DNA of 49,335 nt, counting the filler, from Catajapyx aquilonaris (taxonomy: Eukaryota), in NCBI GenBank assembly GCA_000934665.2. It is 2 parts of 2 records of this genome, joined end to end, with 100 filler letters (N's around TTAATTAATTAA, not from the genome) between each part and the next. Parts side by side here need not be neighbours in the genome. Positions count along the whole stretch, not along the records: positions 24,850 to 49,335 come from JYFJ02005503.1; 1 more part is not named here. One strand, 5' to 3'. Numbering within the stretch: the first letter of the stretch is position 1; every line of letters begins with the position of its first letter. The position numbers and the translations under genes were made by a program. Of this stretch, positions 25,062 to 35,650 are shown one piece after another. The notes below the pieces were generated by a model. That model did not search any database. It was not told the DNA's origin and worked only from the letters and a program-made list of their open reading frames with translations.

Positions 25062-28009
25062 CTATTTCAAGCAGGATGGCGAACCTTCAAGTTCCTGTTC
25101 GTGTGTCGTTTCATCACGATCTTTCTGCAGGGGAAATACTGTGGTGAAGTGTGCAGGAATATTTTACCTTCACCCTTGAAGATATTCCTGGAAGATATTG
25201 CTTCATTTTATTCTGGTCCAAATTCCCTTCTTCAAAGGACCACTTTTCCGGAGGATCTCTCAAAACGAATATGACACGAAGACGGGTGTCTGCCTCTGTG
25301 ATGAAACATTTGCTTGAATTACTCCTGCAAAATATATTTATCAAGCCAATACATACCTGCTTGGGCAGACAGTTCCCGGAAGAACAACAGGTTGTCCAAG
25401 CAATCGGCGCAGTGGAAAAGGGTGATTTGAGTGTGGTCTTCCGGGTTGTCCAGGACAGTCCGAATAAGCTGGACAGCCGGAGTGACCCCAACACCACCAC
25501 TGATCAGGACCATATGGTCCAGGACGTTTGGTTCATACTCGAATCCTCCACAAGGACCTCGAAACTCCATCGTATCGCCTGAAATCCAGCACAATTTGAA
25601 GTAATTGCTTGGTTTGACAATATTATAGGTAAATTAGTACCGGGTCTGATTTGTCTGAAAGCTTTTGACACAATTCCGTCCGATTCAAGCTTGACGACAA
25701 TTTCCAGCTGTCCGAAACGATGTGGGGGTGACGTTGGAGAGAAGAATCGGGTCTGAACAATTTTTCCATCTTCTGGTGACAATCTCACCTGCATATAGCT
25801 CGTGTTTTTTCAATTATTTCAATGACTGACTATTATAGACCTGATTACCTGAACGTATTGTCCTGGAAGACATGCAATGTGGTCCGTCCCATTTGGAAGG
25901 GCAAACATCATGATGAAAGTGTCTATCCCGCACTCGAATTTTGACACAAGCTTGAGTGAGCTGTACTTTTCCGGATGCAAACCTGGACCATGATTGGATC
26001 CATCAGGAGTGGTTAATACCTGAAAACGAATGTACAGTATGTAGTGATTAGGGACACCGCTTTTTTGGTTGACTTACTTGAACCAAATGCTTAGGAGGAG
26101 CTGTGTTGAGCGGGTTGTCAAAGTCTTCTTCACCATTTGCATGTGGACTTTCAGATTCCGCTTGTCGCATCAACTCTTTTGCCAGGAGAGCCTTGTCCTC
26201 TGGTTTCATCTTGTTCAGCTCTCGATGCAATGTGGGAAGATGCGGATTTCGGTCCCTGTAGAATGAATTATGTCAGTGTTTCTATATGGCTGATTCATAC
26301 ACCAATATTTTTACCACGGATCAAGTCCTTCCTGGCCGTACACACACAGCTTTCCCAGCAGAACCTGCAATATTTCGTTGGACGGACCCATCACCCATCC
26401 AGCTTTGGAATCGCGCAGAAATCTCTCGACGCCTGTGAAGAAATCGCTGTAGTGACCCAAAATTCTTATAGAAATGACTGGTATCACCTGTTTCTACTTT
26501 GTATCCGGATCCTCCGCAAGCTCGAAGCATGTTGTCTGAGACATCGCTGCTGGTCGTGGTCGAGATGTGTTTCAGCATGGCTGCACTTAGCACATACTTT
26601 GATCTGACAAACAAGTCATCTTTGGATATCTATAGTTCTTGTTCAATTTTTTTGCAACATGCATTACCTTGCTTTGAAGTTCGGATCTTTGTAAAGCGAC
26701 CAATCGCAGTTGTTGGTAAGTGTGTCGAAATGAGCAGCGTACGAATAAACTGCTATCCTGCTGGCCATGATGTTGGCTAGGCTTACTCCAAAATGAGTCT
26801 GAAAAATCGTGTGTCAGTGACGTTCTTCATCGGAATTTGGTTGTGCTAATTATACCTGCACCGGAACGTAATCGCAGATCCGGAAGCTGTTGTGTGCGCT
26901 GCTCTTGGACGTGACGTGCCTCTTGGCCGCGTCCATAGCCGCCAGAGACACTCCATTGTAACACGCGGAGAAGAACAGCATGCCCAGTGTCATGTGGTGC
27001 TCCTCATTTTGAGCATCGGCCATACCTGTCAGCAGGTACGCAATTACTCAGTTGTTCACTCTAGCAACCCAACAGTGTACCTGTCCCTCCGATGATTCTG
27101 TCCTTCTTGAGTATCCCTTCGCAGACAACAGGACCCGACTGGTTGCCCCGCATTCCCATGGCGTCCCAATTGTTCGTGTATGTCCGGACTTCTTCCTGCA
27201 AAATGTTGAATTTATTGTCCAACTTTGCAACTTTTAAAACTCTAATTGACAGACCTTGAACATCAAGTAGTGAGTGGTGCTTGACATGTCACCGGCCAGG
27301 TCAGGGTTTGCACAGTTGACCACATACCAATCCGCATATCCGGCCGAGGTGCACCAACTTCCGTATTTAAGCAACCGGATATGCTCTTGGTCCACAGTCA
27401 TGCATTTTGAAGTAAGAGGTACCCACAAGTGAGCTCCTGTGTATATGAAAGGCAGTTTGCTGAGCATTTATTTCTCTCTATAAGAATGTAGCTTACCTGA
27501 TGCTGGATCGCTGACACTCTCAGTACCGACCAGCTTCTTCTTATCGACGTTTCTCAGCAACTCTTGTATGATGGGACTGTCGTGGTGATGTCCAAGCAGG
27601 AGACTCAGTCCGGTCAGATGCATAGCTATACATGTGACTGTGTTAATCAGGTTCTTATCGACATATATTAGTACTTACTGTACACCATAGCAGTGCTTGG
27701 ACATCCATATCTGGCTATAGTCTCGATAGCCATTGCAGCCCCCACGTGATTCTCGCCTCTTCCGCCGAACTCTTTGGGCACGAATATTCCAAGCAAACCC
27801 AGGTCGGCCAATGCGTCCAGAATGGCCCTCGGAAATTCACTATTTTTGTCGTACCTGGCCTGCAATTATGGGGATTAGTCGCGGTTTTGGTGCCAGTACC
27901 GGCTCGAGAAATTACTCACGGCATTGGGCCTGATGACCTTTTGGCATAGGTCTGTTATTTCCTGTTGGAGTTTCTTCTGATCCGGAGTCAAGTACCAATC
28001 GGGTTCCAT
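25062..28009 (-). CDS. Paralog A: ACAD-fold flavoprotein fused to cytochrome-b5-reductase/FNR-like domain (~15 exons; start and last exon uncertain)
   Basis: Hand-spliced GT-AG exons give MEPDWYLTPDQKKLQ...LGLLGIFVPKEFGGRG...YGCPSTAMVY...WDAMGMRGNQSG...CGGSGY...VERFLRDSKAGWVMGPSNE...PGQYVQ...RFFSPTS...RGPCG...LISGGVGVTP. An in-frame upstream exon at about 28315-28390 may extend the N-terminus. Confidence 0.88.
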
Positions 28010-28994
28010 CTCTGGTTTTCCTAATTAAATTTGTGGAACCCTCCTCGACTGTACTGTAAACTTGTATGCAATATTACTAGTTTGACTCATAAAGCTAATA
28101 GCATGGATTGTGTAACAACTGCAGTCTCAATAACGTGGGAAGGAATTTGCCTGGGCATATTCGCAGCCGACTATACATCATTCCATCTAATTTATATTGC
28201 AGTGAAAAGTTTGCAAACTTTTACATTGCCTGTCAGATAGGACCATGAAAGTATAACCAAAGAAAATGAACTAATATTGACTATAAGTTATGCCAGAAGC
28301 AATATATTACTCACCTGACTCAGGGAAATCACTTGTTACCTTCGTATGAATCGCACCTGCTGTAAAACTCGGCTCTTTTGCACGGAATGCCTGAATGCAA
28401 AGTGATGTGTAACGGAATTAAAACTTAGGTGAGACTGAAAAAACTGTGTGCCGTGCATTCAAATGGCATGTTTGATGTGTTGTGCATATATGATGAGTCA
28501 GGAATTAGGAAAACCAGTATTACTGGTTTGTAATATTTTTTGTTGGATTAGGTGCTTCCTGGTTGTTACTGAAATGCGTAAGGAATGTTCTTAGAATGAT
28601 CACCGGTGGTAGCTTACTTGTTTGAGATTTAGTTAATGAACTAGGCGAGAAATCTGGAAAAAAATTATACATCACTTTCCATTTCGTTAAAAACTTGAAA
28701 TATATTCATCTCTAAAATTTTATTAGCTACTTATTAAGCTGAACATACAATTACAGCATACAAAAACATGGAACAGTATTGAATAGTACTCAACCAATAT
28801 TAATATATTATGGCACTAGCTCACAGGAGCTGCCAATATTGCATCAGCTGCGCGCATTTTGATTCACTGAGAATAATACTTGGTTGTAAATGAGGAAGTA
28901 CATAATTATGAAGTAGCGTGCCTTGTCACTAATTAAACATGCTAGTTATTTGGTTATTATTTGAAGGGTGTTTGATTACGACACGCCCTTGACA

Positions 28995-31900
28995 TTAGTC
29001 CTTGGAGGAGTGAGAAGAGAGATGCGCATTTCTTCCGTACACAGTTCGGATAAACTCGGTTCCGAACTGACCGTACACGAATATCGAATCCGAAGGGAAA
29101 GACATCCAACGAAGACTTTGCATGCAGGAAATCACCACACTTGGTCCAGCGCAGATTATAACCTTAGGAAGAACATATTTTATTTAAAAGGCATTCTATT
29201 CGCAAAAAAAGATTTATCAGTTTGTTCGCTCTTCCACTTACTTTTTCTCTTATGCCGTTGGGAACTTGGAGATATTTCTCGAACTTCTTACGATCCAACA
29301 GGCCTTCTTCGCCTTCCCAGTTTTCGGGCGGTTCTCTCAATATGTAGATGATTTCCATTCGCTTGTCAGATTCTGAAATAAAAAAACCAGAGTACGGATA
29401 AATAAGCAACATGAGCAAAAGGAGGCTAAGAAAGTTCGATGGACAAAATTCTCATTACCTGCATAGTTGTCGAGTTCCTTCCGACAGAGTATGTCTTCCT
29501 CTGAGTCGACTGCGTAGAATAAGGTCACTTTGGTCTTATCATCGGGGTTGGCCTGGACACTTCTGAGAAGCTGGAGGGCAGGAGTGACCCCGACCCCACT
29601 GCCCACAAGAACCAGTCTCTCCAGAGTGTTTGGAAAATACTCGAATCCGCCGCAAGGACCACGGAATTCCAGTTCGTCACCTGTATACATGGCAGCGGAA
29701 ATATTATACGATGACGTCAATATTAGGGACTATCCTGCGGGTTCACCTGGTTGTATATCCTTTAGCTTCTGAGAGAGCAGTCCTTGTGACTCGTACTTGG
29801 TGATGACCTGCAGAATGCCCTTCTGGTCTGGCCGAGACACTGGGGAAAAGAAACGCTCCTGGGGCACCTCACCTGGCGATTGGATCCTCACCTGAAGAGT
29901 AATTAATCTTGTAATCGCCGTTCAATTACGATTAGTTGCACACACTCTCAGTACCTGTATGTACTGGCCTGGTACGCATCCCAAGTCACTGGTCGGTTCC
30001 TTGAGCGCGAATGTGAACTCGCCCGTCTTGTATGCGATCTCTTCCTTGCTGATCAGCTTCAGAGGCGTGTACCTGTCAGGGTCAAGCCCTGCCGATTGAC
30101 CCGAGGTGACCTGGCTACCCGTGACTGGAGGCCGGGTATTAAATGGGTTGTCAAAGTCCTCCTCTCTGTGCGACACAACTCGTTTGGACACATCCACATC
30201 CTCCTGAAGCTCCTTAATCAACTCTTGCTTCTCCTCAATTGTCATCTTCTTCAGCTCGCGGTCAATGGACGGACGACTCGCTTTCTTCTCTCTGGAAGAA
30301 GGGGTCAATTTACAAGAGGTCACAGTGTACAGTAATGTGAACGTACGAGATGTCAAACTCCTGGAATCCGAGCAGACACAGCTTCCCTATGATCTGCCTT
30401 GATATCTCATTGGAAGGAGCCATGACCCAACCGGCCTTTCCGTCTCTAAGGTACCGCTCCAACCCGAGCTCCGTCTTGTACCCGGTACCTCCGCAAGTGT
30501 GCATCATCATGTCCACCACCTCGCTAGTGTTGGTCGTGCTCTGTAGCTTTATCTGGTAGAACCACGAGGAGTACGGGGACCTAGGAAGATGACCCGGGTT
30601 CTTATGAAGAGACCAGTCGTTCCTGGACTTTTCATCCAGGAGACGGGTCACAGAAAAGAGTGCCAGTCTGGTCATGTTGGTGCCACTGATAGCGTCACCG
30701 AAAGAGTCCTGCGTGGAAGAATCAGCCAATCAGCAACATGTTTATAGGAAACCGGACCGGTTCTGGAACCGAACCGGTTGCTGCTAAGGACGCCGTACCT
30801 GAATAGTAGGGTAGTCGCAGATGCGCATTCCAACGTCGGCAAATCCTTTGGTGGTGACATGTCTTTTGGCCAGGTCAATGCTGCCCATTGCGATACCATT
30901 ATAGCAGGAGGATAAAAGCAGAGTAAAGTAGGCCTCACACTCTTCTCCAAGAATCCGTCCCTCTCCTGGAATTCATCATCGTAATTAAAATCAGTGATCC
31001 GTATCGGTGGAAGTCTCACGGACTGAAGAGAGACGCAAGTCCGCGAGATTCGCAGTTACTTGCCGCTATTGCCGATGAGCCTTTCCTTCCCGAGGATTCC
31101 CTCGCAAATGACGGGTCCTGATTGGTTCCCGTGCATTCCCAAGGCCTCCCATTCGTCAGCGAAGGCCCGGACTTCTTCCTGAATTAAACCAACGGCAGCG
31201 CGATTTATTTAATTGTTGTACCATTATGAAGTCGGTTCTTACCTTCATGAGCAAATACAAGCTGAGGTCATGAGGGTCGCCCTTGTAGGTCGGACTTGTC
31301 GCGTGGATGCCGTACCAGTCGGCAAATCCGGCACTAGTAGCCCATGCGCCGTACTTGATCAGACGGAGCTTGTCGTCCGGAAGTATCTTGCATTTGGACG
31401 TCAGCGGAAACCAGAAGTGACCACCTGTCCAATCATCATTAATCGTCAATTAATTATCACATTATGAACGTCACATGAAAATTAAGATTAATTTGAACAA
31501 CTGGATCGATCCATATCAAGAAAGCTGCTAATTTGTTAACACTTCTTGCTGGTTTGTATTATCTGAGAGGACTCCAACCCGCTTTTTGACCTCTGCACAC
31601 ACGCTATCAGCGACCCACTTTTAATTTCAAGTGCTTTCAGTGCACTGTGAGAACTTGTAGTTGTCATTTCTGTTGGCAGCCACAAAATTAATTACGAAAT
31701 TCCATTATGGTGTACTGAACCTGTTGAAGGATCGCTGGTGGCGCTGGTGCCCACCAGTTTCTTCTTGTCCAAATTCCTCAGGAGGTCCTTTATGAACGGG
31801 TTGTCGTGATGGCGAATCAGCAGCAACGATGTGCCGTACAGATGCATAACTACGTTAGACAAATGTTATTTAACCTCCTCATGTATTTATGACCAGTGAT

Positions 31901-32291
31901 TATCTTACCATAAACCATGGCAGTGCTTGGACAACCATATCTTGCGATGGTTTCAACCACCATGGCAGCCCCCACGTGACTTTCGCCTCTTCCTCCCAAC
32001 TCTTTAGGAACCAGCAGTCCCAACAGTCCATGTTCAGCCAAAGCGTTCAAACTGGCTCTCGGATAAGTGTAGTGCTTGTCGCAATTAACCTGGATCATAC
32101 GCACAAAATAATATTGCAAATAATGCCACATACGTGAACAACATTACCGCATTTGGTCGTATCTTCTTCCTGCACAACTCGATGACCTCTTCTTGCAGCT
32201 TCTTCTGCTCCTTGGTTAGAAACCAATCGGGATCAAACTCAGCTCCGATGCCCCAGAAGGGATGCTGTCCCCAATTTTTCGACGCGTCCAT
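28995..32291 (-). CDS. Paralog B: ACAD-fold flavoprotein fused to cytochrome-b5-reductase/FNR-like domain (12 exons, ~760 aa)
   Basis: Exons 32291-32148, 32089-31909, 31849-31721, 31424-31243, 31178-31064, 30965-30799, 30708-30347, 30291-29955, 29891-29747, 29680-29459, 29372-29242 and 29162-28995 sum to 2283 nt in one frame. ACAD motifs: GLLGLLVPKELGGRG, LGMHG, CGGTGY, LERYLRD. FNR motifs: PGQY, RFFSP, GLLS, RGPCG, GSGVGVTP, IICAGP. Confidence 0.92.
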
Positions 32292-33679
32292 TGTCCGTCC
32301 ACAGTGTGAGAGAGTATATCTGAAAAGAGGATGTCACACCCTTGCCAGCTATGTTAGCACTGATTCGAAGATAACCAGTTTTTCTGAGTAGCCTCCTCTC
32401 AGTGAGTTAAACAGTTGTGGGAAAGGTCAGATAAAAGAGCAGGGGCTCTGTGACGTCAAGCAAGGTCAACAACGTTCGGATAGATCGGACCTTAAATGAA
32501 CATTTTTGTGCGGACCGGTCTAGAATAGAGGATGTCTTATCCAATCAGCCTTGTCACTTACATGTTAGCACTTGATGATGTGAAATGACCTTTGGCCACT
32601 ACTAGATCGAGGTGTTAAAAACTGATAAAAAAAGCACATGCCTATATGAAAATACGTTGGTTTCAATGCACCAAAAATCGGATTTTGTTCCGCCAAGAGT
32701 CATGGAGATAACCATAGGCATTTTATCCCCAAGAGCTATCCACTCACCCGGTTCGCTGAAGGGGGCCCAGCTATCAAAAAAAAGGGGGAGATAGTTTTCA
32801 TGTGAAGATATTGAATTTTGTCTATAGTTGCGTAATATCACATTCCGAGCTCCAGGCACGTTTCTTTTTTTTTCTCTATAGTTCTTTTTGAGGAAGCCGC
32901 CCCTTGCATATATTATTTCCTCCTCTTTTGGGAATTATATGCTCAGCTGACTTGTTGTCCTTGACTTGCGGTGAACTTGTACTGTATGTGAATGACAAAT
33001 ATTTACCAAATTAGTCAGCAGATGTGGCCTACATGTGGTTAATCAAGCTGATCAATATCCATTATGCGGTGGAATATTGGGATCATGTCAATATTGGCTG
33101 GTCGATAGCAAAGATGTATTGCACATCTCGTTATATTCGTAGGTCTTTTCGTGTTGAAATATGTACAGGATACTGTCTAACATGTTAGTGCCAAGGCAAT
33201 AAATTGGCAAATGTTGCCATTGTGTGGTGATATATATAAAAAGGCTCGTTAGCATATACTGCAAGCTTCTTGTGCGATCAATGTCAACTGCTGTGGTTTA
33301 TGGAGGATTCAGGATTGGCCAATTTTTTTGCGTGCAATTGCTGCTGTTGGATGTACGCTACTTTCACGTGACAGGACTGAGGACGTAGACTGACCTCGGA
33401 GCATCATTTATTATGAGAATAATGCGGATAATTTTTTTCGAATAATCGGCGAAAAGAGCATGTAGCCTAATAATTCATGTATAAGTGACCGCAAGCTATA
33501 GCAAACGTGAGCTTTACGTAATAAGGCATTATTATCTGTGCAAATTGTTATCGTACATTTTTTTATCCAGCTGAAGCTTAATCATATACGGAGAGTTTTA
33601 TTGTGCACTTATCGTTGTAATCTTGTTTTATATTAACTGAATTAAGTGTAATATTCAAACCGTGTAGGCCTATTAGGTG

Positions 33680-33952
33680 TAGGGGAGACCGGGACACAGT
33701 TGTCCATTTTTGAACATTTTAATTTTTATAAGAGCTCCTGTTATATCTACACGCCCAATAGTTTCCTGCATGGTGGAGGTACTAGTTGCAGTCATTGGTA
33801 ATATACGCAACTAACTTATTCACAGGCAGTACCATCCCTTTGGCTTAATTTTTTTAGAAGCTGCCATAATTATGCAAATGGCCAGATGAAGATGTTATTC
33901 CGGTTTCTCATATTTTTAAAATGGAAAGGACCACTGTGCCCGGTCTCTCCTA
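33680..33952. mobile_element. TA-flanked MITE (Tc1/pogo-like ends)
   Basis: TAGGGGAGACCGGGACACAGTTGTCC / GGACCACTGTGCCCGGTCTCTCCTA imperfect TIRs. Confidence 0.75.
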
Positions 33953-35650
33953 TAGTATATCAGAGGAAATGTCTCATTACGTACATTTATAATTTGTGTT
34001 CAATTTTCTTTTCACAAATCGAAGATGTTTCGTTGCTGTGCAGTGGTAACGGGTCAAATAAATATTTGAAGCGATATCTTTAATACGTATCTCCGAAATT
34101 AATTAGTAAAAATTCCAACAACACTGTTAGAGTAACTGTTCATAATTCAGCGCCGAATGTTTGGTGCTTATTAGAGTAATAAACTATGATCTTGTTGAAG
34201 CAGTCCATGCATATCATTTGATTTGCAGGTAATTTTCTGGTACATAACCCATCAGTTCAAAGTACTCTAATGAAAGGAACGAGAGAGGTGAATAAACCGG
34301 ATAGCAATATGAAATTATTTTGTGCAACATCCGATCAATTACTCGGGTGATTAACCTCTCTCCTGTGAGAGACAGTGGTGTACCTGTATGACGTCTAATT
34401 ATCTCTGACCCTGATGAGATGTCCTTTTTCTTACGTAACGCCACTTCGACGGTTGCATCGCAGGTATTTGAACTCTTGAACCTTTCTATTCTACTGTCGC
34501 AGGTTACGTAATGACATGATTTTTAGAAGTGAAGAATTTTTGAAAAGTGAAATGCAGAAATAATTTGATTTACATGCGCCCCATGTAAATCAAATTACTT
34601 CTGTCTTTCACTTTTCAAAAATTAAGATTGTTATGCACCTTTCTCACCCAAAAATCTTTATGCTCGGGGAGATGTCATGCTGATTTTATGCCTTATTATC
34701 ATATTTATTCAGGTATAACCACTGCAATGCCTATCAGAACTGGTGTTTTAACATTTTAAAATGCTCCTTAATTTCACCTTTATTTATGCTGTTATGTTAA
34801 CGCTCCTGTAGCCATTCAGAAAATAGGAAAAGTTTCAAGATAACATTTTCTTACACCTGTACTGCTGACCTACTCTGCGAATCAGTGTTTTTGTCAGAGT
34901 GAATTAGGGTCATGAACATGACACTAATCAGATCAATTTACTGAATTCTGGTATCACCAAGTGTGATTGACCACCACGAGAAAAATACCCAAAGAGTTAC
35001 GTAAGTCACCTGAATTGCCGGTACTCAAGGGGTCAGCGACACTGATTCGCATCGTGCTGACAACTCTATTTTCAAGTACGAGCAGTCATTGATCTTTCAA
35101 GTGTGTATTATGCAAACGGAGCCATAATGTGGATGATAACTTGGCTGCCAAAATTATCGCATTATATTAATGAGACGTAGTTATGCTCAGACAGTTCAAG
35201 GGAAGGAAGTTGCACTTAATTGTATATACTCCGTCAGTGATATTTGTAGTAATTATATTATGATTGCTGGTGTGAATAATTCATTGATTTGTGCAGTGAT
35301 GTAGTGTGATGCGACGAATGGCATTTAAGTGCATGTGGCAGGGGATAAGTAGGGGATAAGTCGCAGTTGGATTGTCACGTAACGAGATGATTGGCACTTG
35401 ATTGATGCCATACCGGTACAGCATCGGTTCCAGTTCCGGAAGCGTCGGATGGCGTGAGATTCGTCTCATCTCGGGAATTCTGAATGGCCGTCTCCCATAG
35501 TGATAATCATATCAAGAGTCAGTTGTTGCTGGGCTGATGGCCTTGCAACTGATGATACGCGGTAACGACCTTTAAAAGCAACAGACACATATCGCACTGC
35601 ATATATAAAGTGTACACAGTAATTGCGGTGTGTTACACTTACTGACGACC

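Noticed and set aside
25062..32291. Bacterial contaminant contig
   Set aside because: Both genes carry many phase-consistent spliceosomal introns and are contiguous with animal-type genes.
32420..32550. CRE, AGGTCA half-sites and CCAAT upstream of fusion gene B
   Set aside because: Short motifs expected by chance; no transcription start evidence.
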